A stretch of DNA of 60,121 bases, filler included, from Sluysia triapertura (taxonomy: Eukaryota): the NCBI GenBank assembly GCA_046118255.1. It is 5 parts of 5 records of this genome, joined end to end, with 100 filler letters (N's around TTAATTAATTAA, not from the genome) between each part and the next. Parts side by side here need not be neighbours in the genome. Positions count along the whole stretch, not along the records: positions 34,789 to 46,875 come from JBJNIA010140725.1; positions 46,976 to 60,121 come from JBJNIA010056771.1; 3 more parts are not named here. One strand, given 5' to 3'. Every line of letters starts with the position of its first letter. Positions within the stretch are counted from its first letter, which is position 1. This document shows positions 39,563 to 53,060 of this stretch, piece after piece. The translations under genes and the position numbers were made by a program. The notes beneath the pieces were generated by a model. That model was not told where the DNA came from. It worked only from the letters and a program-made list of their open reading frames with translations, and made no database searches.

Positions 39563-41439
39563 TGTATATAATTCAAACTAACAAACATCAAAAGATACAA
39601 GAATTTAATAATAATGAAGATACAAAAATAGTTTCCAGTAAATTGATAAATCTAAATAAAGTCACAGAAAATTCAGGTGTCAAAGGTGACAAAAATATAT
39701 TAAGAAAAGTAAAAGAGCTAAATCATGTATTTATATAAATATATAATGGAAACCTGTAAAAATGTAATATGTATATGATTCAAATATTTTAACAATGAAA
39801 GGTAGATCCGTAATTTTCACTATCTTTATAATTAAATAGAGGAAACTTATTTAGATAATTTTGATTTTGCTTAAAATTTATATCATTTCTATTAATTAGA
39901 GAATGAACAAAATGTTGAATATAACGATTATTATTAGATTTGTGAAAATTAAATAAATTTTCAGTTCCGAAACTACAATCACCTATTATAAAATCAGTAC
40001 ATTTGTAATATATGACTTTTATAATAACAGATAAGGCAAGCAATAAAAATCACAATAATAACGTATTAGAGAGTAATAAACGGCAAAAAACAAAAATGAC
40101 AATAACAATAGTAGAAATGAAACAATAAAAAATAAGAGTCACGTAACGGCAACTTAGCAATGATTTGTTTGTGAATTCATGTATGCGTAGATGTGTGAAG
40201 AAAGGAAAAAAATAGGAATTCATAATGTTGTTATTGTTGATAACATGTTATATTGAATCTAGGCTGTTATAGCTAGTTGTTGATATGTTTGAAGAAATGG
40301 AAATAATGTAAGAATTATTTGTTAAATTTGTTACTGATATATATATTTGTTACTGATATATATACTTTGATTGTTGCATGTAATTTGTTAAGTTTTAAAT
40401 TGTTGCGTTAGATTGAGTTGAAATTTGGTTGCTAATTTGTTTTTGATTGTTGTGTTTTGGGGTTGAATATGGTCTATGATTACAAATAAAGCTGGATAAA
40501 GTGTTGTATGAATTTGATGTATAAATGAGTCGTAAAATGTTTAACGCTACATAAAATAAGAACACTAAGCAATTATATCTGTTATATGATCTGCATAAAA
40601 AGAAAAATAGTGTCTTTTGTGATATTCCAGGTGGAATAGATTTTAAACTATTTCAAGTTTGATCTGAATTATTAAGTAAATTTGTAAAATCGAATCGAAT
40701 TGCTATTAGTATCAAAGGAAACTCACGGCGATGTTTGAATTATGCTCTAGATATTTAAGAATAGAGAAAAACAACTATTACCGTCTCTTGAATCAGTGTA
40801 TCCTGCTATAGAAATACAATGATTATAGAGTAATTTAATGAACAAGGAGAGTGTAGTCACTCAGAATAAAAACTAAATTATTGCAGAAGCATAGTCACAA
40901 GTTTTCTCACTGAAATTAAAGACATGACTCTTAAAATCGAAATTCACCCTTAAAGATTCCCAAAGATGAAAAGCGATTTAAGTATTTTGAAATGCCATAA
41001 TGTTGTAAGATAAAAATAATTTTTTTCTGAGAACCGAATCCAGTGGCGGAATGCATAACCAATGAAAAAAGTAATCGTAACTTAAAACATACTAGAACAT
41101 GCAAGATGTGCAGACACAATCTCCTTTAAACCGAAAACCTGCCTTAAATGAATCACTATTTTAAAATTCCAAGATTTTGACTGTTGTTGGATTCATGAAT
41201 AGTTGACAAGAGTGTAAGTAACAATGTTTTAAAACTTTTTATTTTGTGTTAATAAGCATCGTTAGGTTAATAATTTTTTCGACGGAAAACAGGATGATTG
41301 TCTAAATACAAAACTTTCAATATTTTAACCCTACAAAACTGTCCACAGATATTTTAATCTTTATAATTAATAAACATATTGAGTTGAAATTTTGAAACTT
41401 TTTACTGTAATTTTATAAATATCCCGCACAATTTAAAAT

Positions 41440-41690
41440 CATTTCCGCTTCATAAAACGTGAATAGAAACTTTCGCCGAAAACTTTTCGTACAAGAGCTT
41501 ACGTAGAAAGAAACACACAAATGTTTTAAGCGGAATCAAAGCCATTTACTCAGCGAAACATTTAAACACAGCATCCACATCAACATCATCAACAAGAACA
41601 TGCGAAGAAAATCAAAAAAGCTAACATAATTTCTAATATGTGGTAAATGCAGCAATTATGTGTCTTACATTCAAAAGAGGTAATAATATG
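41440..41690 (+). mobile_element. Possible second piggyBac C-terminal remnant
   Basis: RRKLFVQEL ... ICGKCSNYV, resembling the RRxFL motif and the Cys-rich tail; very decayed. Confidence 0.25.
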
Positions 41691-42594
41691 TAATACGTGT
41701 GTTTAAATATGCAATTTATTGAAAATAAAAAAATACGTAATGTGCACAATTTTGTCCACGCTTGTTAATCTACGAAATTTTTTATTAATCCTAGGATTAA
41801 AGTTTATAAAATATAATGATGAAGAAATATCTAATGCTAATAATCATAAATTATGTGAACTTTTGAAAGTTATTGGTGATCATATTATGTTAATAAGATT
41901 AGTTAAACATTATTTTTATTTACTAAAGTTTATTTTACAATTAAGATAAGCTCTAAAACATCTAAAGAATTATCGAAGTGCAAAACTTACTATTTACTTG
42001 TCTCACTTTAACAATATTCTCTGCAATAATTAAATCTGTTAACATTAAATATGGCCTTCATGCGATTGTAGATTTACGTCTACATACTCTACAACTTCTT
42101 TCATATGCATAACTATAATGACTTTAATTCTTATATGAAAAAAAAATAAATGAAAATTTTAACTTTAGTTTAATTTATTAAATCACACCTTCAACAAGAA
42201 ATCTCCTGGCAATTTTGGAATACGTTACACCAAACTGTGCTTGGAACGCAGTGTTAATATCAAAAATATTACAAATTAAAGAAAACCAGTTCTTGATTAT
42301 ACAATTTCTTAATCAATTTTATGAACATATTCATATTTCTATTGATTAGCCTTCAAGGTGAACCGACATTCGTGATATAACATAATTAAAATTTAAGATA
42401 AATGAAATTAAAAAGTTAAAAAATTTTCGTAATGTCTTATTTTATAACAATTTAGTAACATTAAAAAACTGCAAATTTAAAAATTTTTAAATATTTTTCA
42501 TCTTACTATATTTCATGTTAATAATCAGAAAATGTTAAAAAAATTTTCTACTTATAATAATGTTTAAAATTATTCAACTGAAATATAAGCTTAC

Positions 42595-45202
42595 CAGCGG
42601 TGCTGCTAATAGCAACATGATAATACAAACACCAGCACGTCCATTGGAAGCTGCATGCAAATCATTTGTGGACACAGACATACTTTGTATAATCCACAGA
42701 TCACTTAAATAACCAGCTAATATACCACCAAAAACACCACCTAGATCAAACAAAGTGGACAAATTTCCAGCAGTTTTTGGATCAAGACCAGAACCAATTT
42801 GATTTAAATAATTTGGCAACCAATACAGAAAAGTGTAAGCTACTAATTTGGCAAAAAATAAAGACAAAGAATATGGTACGACATTCTGTAAAAATAATTT
42901 TGAATGAAAATTATTTTAAATTTTTATTTATCAAATTTATATTTTCAATTACATTTGTAAAGTTACATATACACATTTAAACTTGCAAATTTAAAATTTA
43001 AAATTTCATAATTGTTTATTATAAAAATTTTAAAAACAGTCGAACTGCTGTAAATTATGCATAATTTTTCTAGTTTAATCTAAATTCATATTTTTCCTAA
43101 ATCACTTATAAATTGATTAACCGGCACAAGAGACTGCTACTAAACGTATATTGGATTTTCATAAATATCACGATGTAAAAATTAAAAGTTTAGTTTATGT
43201 TTTTATAGAAGTTATATGTGTCCGAATACTGTTTTATATTTTATAGATTTGGTATGTGCTTTTAATGAATTCTTAGCCTCTGCTTTATTCGTATAAATTC
43301 TTATTCTTTAATAATAATCTAAACTTCTCTAATAACATTCTCACTTTATATTACTACTTGAATTTAACTGGAAGTACAATCTTTTGTCAATATAAATCCT
43401 TTCTTTTAACTTATTCTAATTATTTGTATTTTCTATTATGTTCACCTTATCTAGAAGTGTGAATTCGAATACTCGTTTCGATGATCTGAAATGGAAGTGC
43501 TTATTATTTAAGTCTCTATTGACGTTTTGATATTTAAAAGAACAATTATTTCTGGTCGTTTCTAAATTTATGGGCTCTAATTTCAAACAAACAAAATTAG
43601 TGAATATTTATTAAATAAATTTTAAATTAATAACACAAAATTTTAACTTCAATTTAATTAAGATATAAATATAACGAAAAAAATATGTGACTGAAAATAA
43701 TACTTTAAACAATAACAAAATATTTTTGAAATGTTTATAATTTTAGAGTTGTTGGGGTTGATTAAATATTGTTAAATCTTCAAAAAATGTCTCGATAGTA
43801 TCTTCAATAGCTTATGTACTGTTATCAGTATTGTTGCTGTGTATTTATATCCAGATGTATTGTTACAATAAAATTTTAAAATTATCAACGGTAATATTGT
43901 AATAATGATTGTAAATATAAAACATTATTATTAACAATAATTGTATAGTTGTAATCACGATAATATTAGTAACTATAAAACGATATCAACAATAATTGTA
44001 TAGTTGTAGTCATGATAACTATTTTCAGTCAATAATATAATAATTTTAAATAATTTTCAAATAAGTAATAGACACGATATTATAGTAATAATTATTTTCA
44101 GTTAATGTAACAGCTTATATGTTATTAAATTTAAAATGACTATATATTATTAAATGTCGAATTTTAATGATTTTATACAATTTCATTTTAAGAACATTTT
44201 TAGTTAATTTTCATCGAGAATAAAGTTAATTCTTTAATTACATACTAGTTCTACTCAATCTCAATTTAATATGATTTTATCTTATATACAATATTTTAAA
44301 TCGTGTTTTTAAGGTCACGTTTATGTTCTTCAAATTCGATTTCATATCAATGTGAATTTTAACAATAAGCATAGAAATTGTCGAAGAAATTTAAACACTT
44401 GTGATTGGGAATTTAGTGTTAAAATGTTAAAATTCAAAAAAACATAAGTCATCGTCTTTTGTTTACCAAAAACATGAATTCAGACTATAAAAATTGAACT
44501 ATATTAGTGACACTAGCTTTATTCATGTAGTCAGTGTAGACGATTTGCATTAATTTCACCGTCATTCTTTATTTACAGAACTGATTATTATCATAATTAT
44601 TACGATTTAACATTTTGTCGATTTTAATATCTTTAATTTTTCCTTATACTAAATATTTGTACTCATTTTCAATTCTGAAAGTATTGAAACTTTAAAATTT
44701 ATTTTAGCTTGTTAAAGTCAATCAGGCTACTCATTACTTATTTAAATTATTACTTAATGATTCATATGTTTATTAAAATTTCAATTGATTATTAAGTGTG
44801 AACATTTAAATTTTTAAATATTTAATTTTTCATTAAGTCGCTTATTTACATACATAAACGTAATTTCAATATGAATCAAACTTGAGATTAATTTAAAGTA
44901 GTAGTTCGTTAAATTTCAGTCCTTAAATTTTCTACAAGGGACATGAGCTTTATAAACATAAATCTTGAGTGTTTTTAAGACGTGAGGTTATATTATTTAT
45001 ATTCAAAAACAAAAGATATTATCGGGCCTAGTTTTAAGAAAATACTTACTGGAATGCGAAGAGCTTCCCATATCGAAATAGCATTCTCATTTATTGATTT
45101 TTTTGAGGATTTACTCAATAAACTGTCTTGATCTGTTCCTTCAGCAGAATTTGCAGATATTACTTCTTCCATTGTCGATAACTTACGCACTTGTGTTAAT
45201 AC
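42595..45202 (-). CDS. SLC37-family sugar-phosphate/Pi exchanger (MFS), two internal exons: 45202-45050 and 42885-42595
   Basis: A phase-0 GTAAGT/CAG splice joins AISIWEALRIP to NVVPYSLSLFFAKLVAYTFLYWLPNY..AGNLSTLFDLGGVFGGILAGYLSD..NGRAGVCIIMLLLAAPL, close to SLC37A1/A2. Other exons were not located. Confidence 0.88.
43290..43505. repeat. Dispersed repeat family A copy 3 (in SLC37 intron)
   Basis: agtgtgaattcgaatactcgtt..ggaagtgct is nearly identical to 2485-2529; ttattctttaataataatctaaact is similar to 8518-8540. Confidence 0.5.
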
Positions 45203-45415
45203 CTCAAAAGAAAATTATGAACTCATATATAATTTATTGAAACAATTTATTGAAACAAAACAAATTTTGGGAATCAGTACTTTGTAAGTTGCTCTTACAT
45301 CCAGTGTATTTAAACTATGTTCAATATAAAGTAACACCTCAGCCAAAAAATAAGAGAGACATTTCATTAATTGATATTTTTAAAGTGTAAGATAAATTAA
45401 AATAGTTTTAATAGA

Positions 45416-45458
<43 letters not shown>

Positions 45459-45603
45459 CGAAAAAATATTAATTACTAATTTAAAATCTTCGACAGAAGG
45501 CGGTACATAAATAATGATTTTCATATAAATATTAGAAAATGATCATTCAGGAGGATTAGAATGTAAAATCACATAAAAGTTAATAATTAATAATATTGTT
45601 TTT

Positions 45604-46875
45604 CTATGCAGAATCAGCAGTAGCAGGAATTGTAACTGGAGCCAGGGCAGCAACATTGCGACGAAGTTTTGGGTACCGAGAAAGAATGTGATTGACGTAG
45701 ATGGGATGTGAAGTCTTCACCATATCAAAAGAGATGTCTACCAAGAGCTTGTTAATAACACGTTTTACTGAATTTGAATTTTTTACGGATAGTTACATTT
45801 TCAGAGTTCCAAGTATGGGGAATATTAGGATGAAAATTTTAACTTTACAACGAACAATTTTACTTAGATGTTGAAAGATGAATATTTTAAAGAATTTTTT
45901 GTGAATATCAGGGTAAGAAACAATTTTGTCAAATGGGGTTTTAACATCAATTAAGTAGTAACACTTGTCAAATTTAAAGAGTAAGACAGGGCGTTGCCGT
46001 TTAATTTCATCAGGAACATCAGAGCGATTGGAAAAAAGAGAGCACTGAACATCACAATCTACATCAATACCATTATCTTGGAGAAAGTTTGTAACAAGTT
46101 TGAGTGCGAGATTGTGACGCATAGTGATAAGGCTAAAATTGAAGGTACAATGATTAAGCACTTTTGAAGCAGATTCACATTTGAATGTACATCTTCGATA
46201 ATTTGTAGGAATGTTCAATTTCAAGTTCTGCCCAGTAAAGTTAAGTGCTAGAGTATTGGTTCGTGCTTTAAGTAGAAAAAAGAAAGTGTTGTCAGGAAGT
46301 TCAGAATTCAACAGGAGTCTATTTGTGATGCGAGATTGTGCAAGGGATGAGGTGAGCAGGGATTGGCACTTCAAGGATTGCCAACGATAGAAATGAGATA
46401 ACCCAGTTAGTGGAAAGCCTGAGTTATCCTTTTCATCCTTTGTGAAAGAATAGGAAGTATCTTAAAGGGAAAGAGTGATAGAAAAGGAATCTTCAGCAAA
46501 AGCAAACAAAACTTGATTGTTATGTTTAGATTTCAATGCTTTACAGCAATTCCTAACATTAGACCCAAGCGTAGATATAGATATATTTCACAGTCAATAA
46601 TACCAGAGAGCCGGTTGAAGGTTGTAATAAAGTCAGGATTCCGAAAGTATAGTTTGTAATCAAGAGAAAAATAGCGTAACATTTTATCAGTGGAGGTAAA
46701 AATTCGGAAGCAGTGAACTACTGTTTGAATTAAGTATTCACTGTGGAGAGAGGTAAAACCAAGTCAACAGTGGTATAGAAAAAGTCAATAGAGGTAGAGC
46801 GAAAATGTATTTCAAGGGCAGGTCGAAGAAGGTTTCTAAAACTCCTATCAAAGGAGGGAGTATCATTTTCAATAT
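45604..46875 (-). mobile_element. RLE-type non-LTR retrotransposon (R2/NeSL/R4 superclade) 3' part, decayed
   Basis: KARTNTL..(Y)RRC..ESASKVLNHC..RHN..RP(V)LL..YLIDVKTPFD is a degenerate CCHC knuckle plus PD-(D/E)xK restriction-like endonuclease. It continues through stops to about 45604 and runs upstream to the spacer. Confidence 0.85.
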
Positions 46876-46975
46876 NNNNNNNNNNNNNNNNNNNNNNNNN
46901 NNNNNNNNNNNNNNNNNNNTTAATTAATTAANNNNNNNNNNNNNNNNNNNNNNNNNNNNNNNNNNNNNNNNNNNN
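46876..46975. other. Artificial contig spacer
   Basis: Same 100-bp linker. Confidence 0.98.
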
Positions 46976-47565
46976 ACATTGCATTCTTTTAATTACAAAG
47001 CCACTGAAAGTTTTAATAAAACTTCAAAAACGTAAGTTGCATTTTCTATTGTAAAACATCGATTGAATATGTTTTAAAGACTTAAAGGTTATAAATTATT
47101 GTTACTTAAATGTTTTGTGACTTGCAAATTTTATTAATTAATAATTGCATTCCAATAATATTTTTCAATTAATTGTTTATTAGTACCCTTATTTATAGAG
47201 GGCTTTAAAAAACCATTGTGCGAATCCGTTAATCGAATTTGAAGTAAATGATTAACAAGATTACCATTGAAAAATATACAGAAGTTCTACATTACAAATT
47301 AATCATTTATTTCATGAACTGAATATAGAAAACAAGAAAATTTAATCAGAAATTCCAATAAAACGTTTTTGGTAGACACTTTATAAGATACCATTATACA
47401 TGATCAACTAGAGTATTTACATGATACTACCGATGAGCTAGTATCCGTATATATCAGATTTATATGTATAGTAGTATGATAAATCCAATAAGATGTGATA
47501 AATAAACAAATTAATTTTAAAATTAATAAATATTAATTAAATTATACTTTAAGAAGATCAATTAC

Positions 47566-47887
47566 CTCATTATTAGTAAGAATCATACGAATGCAAAAAC
47601 ATGCTTCTGCTTCCGTGACTATTCCTTGATAACAAGAATCAAGCTGGTCGAAGTTGGTATCACTTGCATTCTTAAAGTAAGCAAGCAATTGTACACAAAA
47701 TTTTGACAATTTTTCAATCGTTTCTATGGAATCATTTGAATGAATTTTTTGCTGAAAAAGTGAAATTAATTTTGATACATCACAATCTACATCCGACCAT
47801 AGAAACGAATAGTTAAATAAATCTTCCAGATAATGTAGTCGATGTTGAATAATTGGAAATATCTGTTCGAATTTTTCATATGATGTT
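47566..47887 (-). CDS. Open exon, possibly the mitochondrial glutamyl-tRNA synthetase (EARS2-like) anticodon-binding domain
   Basis: CAG acceptor after (TTA)n and a GTAATT donor. FEQIFPIIQHRLHYLEDLFNYSFLW..IRMILTNNE resembles VERILLLRQGHICRLQDL..YSYLW..LRMALSGQQ. Flanking exons are not cleanly recoverable, so it may be a pseudogene. Confidence 0.38.
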
Positions 47888-47890
47888 CTG

Positions 47891-47941
<51 letters not shown>

Positions 47942-50325
47942 GAATAATCACACTTCAATAAAACGTTAAGATCTAATACTTGATTCCAATCCTACCTCAT
48001 TATATCCTGAGAAAAATACAAAGCTCTGTTTCATTTGAAAATTTTTAAATCTTTATTAAGAAGCAATTTACTGTAGATATTAACTCCGTCAGGTTATTTA
48101 ACTCATTGTAATTGTGATGAACTCAAAATTAAAACACTCTAGTCATAAACACAATCGTAGGAAAACATCAGCACAGTTAACACATTTCTTAAATAAAATC
48201 CTAAACGAGCTTCAACATAAAATTCTAACAAAAAAATCGAAATCTAACAAAGTATCAAATCAACAAACAACATACATGAGACACAAACATTTTCATAACA
48301 CTACACATTTTAACATTTACATATTCTTACAATCAAAATTCATCATGTTTGTTTAAATTTTATTACTAAAATTATTTTAATATTGTGGTTGCATTATTGT
48401 TACTTCTAAAATTGCTAATTTTATCTGATAATTATCTACGCGATGTCTGTATTATTCCATTTTTATTAATAATGATATAAATGTGACTTATAATCGATTA
48501 ACTCCTGTGTGTTTACAAAACATTGGTGAAACAGTATCGAAGTGCACAATAAATTTAAGTCACAAACTCTTCAATAGCAGTATGTGACTTAATGACTACA
48601 TCTCACATTAATCTAAGCAGTATTTTCTTATTAAATTTGGTTAAAGCTTTATCAGGTATTAGTTAATATTGAAATTTTAGATTTGAGTTTCAATTATCGT
48701 GGTACATTGGTTCAAAAAATTATGAGTAAATTTATGTGAAAATACGTCAATAAAAACACTGGGCTTGTCCTGTAATTCATTCTCTTATGAATTTGCTTAT
48801 TCAGTGATTAATTTCTGATTGAAACATAAAACCTACCATGCAAAATTTTTTTGAAAATATGAAAATAAATGATTTTAAAGTTTTAGCGAAATGTTGGTGG
48901 GACTAATTCCAGATTTAATAATACTAACTGGTGTTAGATTAATCGAAAGAATCTATTATATCGATTAAGATTATTAGTTAGGAAATTTGGTATGAAAATA
49001 CTAATAATGAAGATGACAAAGATTTTTACAGATTTGTAAACATATATCGTGCTCCTTTTTGAGGATTAAAGAAAAGAATTTAAAATAAGCCAATACGATT
49101 TTATAATTTATTTATGTTTACTGATGTACCACGAAACAATAAAGAAAGTAGCATATAGATAACAGAAAAAGCAGGAAAAAATAGCTTCTACAAATTTTGC
49201 TAGATATGAAAAGTCGAAGAAAATTCCTCCAAAACTTAAGATAAAAAACCGTAATGTAACAACAAATAAACAAATAAGTAGGATACATGTAAATTTATAA
49301 AATTTATCTTACAAATTTAAAATAGACTAATTCTTTACTCACAATTTACTGTAGAGAGAACAACTTATTTTTTATTTAAAAATTGTATTATTTGCTTAAA
49401 ATAATCAAATAATAGATATAAACCACAATGATATCATGTTAAGCTGACTTTACAAAGAACATAAAAATAATAAAATAAAAATAACTCGAATCCATGTTTT
49501 TTTAAATAACTGAAAATTTTGTTTTCAAAATATTCCCGCGACAATTTTACATTCATCCAATAATGATTCCCTATGCTTTTCAGTTTTTTTTCATTCAAGA
49601 ATTCAGATCTGCGTGTCATCAATGATAATTTAAACTAAATGATGTAATAATAATAATAATAATAATATAATAAATAATTACATATTATTTTATTTTACAT
49701 TTTATAAATGTTTAAAAACCTCTTTTTAATGTTTCATTTTATAACTCAAATTTTTGTAAATATTATGAATGTTTGGCTATAACATTATGTTAAGTAACTT
49801 TATCTTTGACTTTGCATAAATTCTGTCAATCAAACTAGTTTATTTTTAGCCTCTACATTGTGGAGTTTAGTTCTGAACTCGTTTCTAATGGCGGAAATGT
49901 GATAATATAAATTTTAATTATCGTTCTTAGTTTTTTAATGACCGTCTTCAAGAATCAAACTATTTCACAGTAAAATTATTAATATTATTAATAACCAATG
50001 ACCGCATAGCAATTTTACTTCAAAACTAAATATAATTTGTTTCATAAAGCGCCCACATTGTACAGTATTTTCCATTGATATTGATTATGGTCAATGAATT
50101 CGTTGTTTCCATTGTGAAGTAATTTTTTTATAATTAATTTCAATTTCTTTCCAGTTAAAATCATATAAAAAATCCGTAACCTTCTTTATTTGCTAATTAA
50201 GAGTAATATTATCAAGTAGTAGTATCAAGTTGCATTATGTATTTGCTTTTTATTTAATTTTTTAATTAAGTGAATTTTTAATATATTTTTTTCTTGATTT
50301 CAGATATTTTCGTTTTATTTTAAAT

Positions 50326-50385
<60 letters not shown>

Positions 50386-51257
50386 GCATTCCAGAAGTCA
50401 TATTTCTTTCGAAGTGAAATATTTCTTCGCATTTTTCTCATAAAATGATGAAGCATAATTTCACTTAAATTATAATAGTTTAACTGTGCAGAGTAATTGT
50501 GTTTGTTAAATAACGTTATCCTATCATACCTATTGTAGAACAGTCTATAAGATCAAGCATTCTAGACACCCCTTGAAAAAACAGAAAGAACTAAGGAATT
50601 TGCGTTGAACATTTAAAAATTCCTGGATCATAACAAAATCAAATCCTGTACAAATTGGTTTATTTGCAACACTTACGTGAATCAATTCCCACGTGCTTAA
50701 AATACATGAAAATGAAACAGCGGCTTCAACAATCGACCGACACAATAAGTTAAAGATTGTGAACTTATGACTCACGAAGCACCTATTTATATTTTAACGC
50801 GAAACTAATCAACTTAACCTTTATATAAAATGCATATGCATTCAAATAAATAATTAATAATATTTAATAATTAATATTATTATTAATAATAATAAATAAT
50901 ATTATTAATAATTAATAATATGCATATCACATTGTAGTCTGATAATTAACTAGAGCTACATTATTTAAACAAAAAATATAATTTTACCAAAGTATTAAAA
51001 ATATTCGCTATCCATGCCTTAATCAAAGTTATCCAGACTGACGAAGATAAAAAAACTGATATTTTTCAGATAAATTATTTCTTATCTATTATGTTTACAG
51101 TATAGTTTATTTGCCTTAGGTACAACTATTGATGTTGTAATATTTTTAACGTTTCTAATAAACATCGTCTATAAACCTTAGTATTAATTTGTATCTCCCA
51201 AAATGTATTACACAAAACCATTCATAAATTTTGAATAACAAACTATCACTAAGCAAT

Positions 51258-53060
51258 ATGTAATCTCTTTTGCATAAGTAATAATAAAATATGTTTCTGG
51301 AAACAAAAATAGTTGTATTATCTTTACTAAAATATCATGTCAACCCATTTTATTTAGAGGCTATTTCTGTAAAGCGTTTGTTATTGTTAATTTTGCAAAA
51401 TTACGACAATCATTTAACATTAGTGTTTAGTTTATGACACAATTTGGACTTAAAATCATGGATATTGTTATGAAATTTAACGGTTGAAGAAAATAACGTA
51501 TGATCAATATTATTCGATTTGAAATTTTGAATCTGCTCACTAACAATGTCTTTAAATGAATCACATTTAAAATCATGTTCATGAATAACTTTATTACCTT
51601 TAGTCAATACACACCATCTAGATAAATTACTATAATCAACGGGAAAAGGAAGTCTAAAATTTAACGAAAATTAAAAACCATCAATCAATACATAAATAAT
51701 GACCACAATTAACCTAGTCTAAATCTTTTGCATAACAATTTGAACAAATGTATTCAAAAGGATTTTCTTTACACTTTTTAGATTTATTGGTAACAACTTC
51801 ATTCAAATTGCGTTTTCTAGATATAAACATTTTAAGATGCTTTGAAGTAATGACTTGTATCAGCACAAAAGAATCCGAAATTAATAATATTTTATTACTT
51901 TATTACGTGAATAATGAAAATAATTAATCAGCATCAAAGTGAAGCATAAAAAACATTACAAAATTGCGTTTTGAAACAAAAACAAAACTAATCTTTAAAT
52001 AATTTTAAACAAAATATAAATCACATATGAAACAAAAATACATTTAAAATAAAAATTAATTTTTTTTAATTAAGATTTTCAATTTCAAATTAAATGCTGT
52101 TATTAAATAACTCTCATTATCACAAATGTTGTAATTGTTATAAGGCAGGATTTTTTTAATGTATCACTAGGATGTCTTCTTAATGATGAAATTGAATTTA
52201 ACTGTGTCAGTACTTTGTCTGAATTTCTGTGTAAAATATCCATTCCATGATATCGAAAGTAACAAAATGAAATTAAATGCAATACACATGATAATCGTCC
52301 AGTTACATGTGAAAGTTTGATCCGAATTAAACTTGCATTGTTGTCCTTGCAATATTTTACCATTCGCATATTGAATATCTAATTGCTTTGTAGAATTCAT
52401 TTCCATAGGTCTTGTAATTAAATTCATTATTTCATGTGAAGTAAGGCAAAATAACTATTATAAAATATAAAACTGATAAGATCTCTTTGTATTTCTTGAC
52501 AGACAAATGTTTCAACCTATAATATTTTGCAAAATAACTATTGGTCTGACGATTCTGTATCGATAGTGTGGAACAAAGGTTTCGTTAATTGGATACAAAA
52601 ATGTGCAAAATTAATAGGGTTAAACATTAGCAGGGCATAAAACGTTTTACAAAAAAGTTCTGATTCAATATAGAGCAATAAATATATCTACATAATGATT
52701 ATAGACACTATTAAAATTTTTGGCGTGCTGCTAAAGTGGATGATACTTATGATACTTTTATAGTAGATTCTGTTATCAAAATTTTATAGCTTAAATGGAA
52801 TGTAAAATTCTGAGGTGAATGAAATGTTCACAAGTGTGGTTGATGTGAGTTATGTTTGTATTGTTTGCTTGTGTTTAGTAAAATATGAGGTGTACAGCTG
52901 TGACACTATGTAATTTGTTTTGCATAAGTAATAATAAAATATATTTCTGGTAACAAAAATAGTTGCATTATGTTTATTAAAATATTAATCAAATTACTAA
53001 CATTTTCTTCAATTTCCTGCCAACTTATATCGTCAACCCATTTTATATTGAGGCCATTTC
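51258..53060. repeat. Local direct duplication (51258-51367 vs 52908-53060)
   Basis: tttgcataagtaataataaaatat.tttctgg.aacaaaaatagttg.attat...gtcaacccattttat..gagg is present twice; the second copy has about 40 extra bp. Confidence 0.85.

Noticed and set aside
10997-46975. TTAATTAATTAA recurring every ~11-12 kb as a biological motif (piggyBac footprint or chromosome-break signal)
   Set aside because: It is always centred in exactly 44+44 Ns and encodes stops in all six frames, so it is an assembly linker.
47890-47958. Poly-Leu signal peptide at the start of ORF 47542-47958
   Set aside because: It is the translation of an intronic (TTA)n microsatellite upstream of a CAG acceptor.
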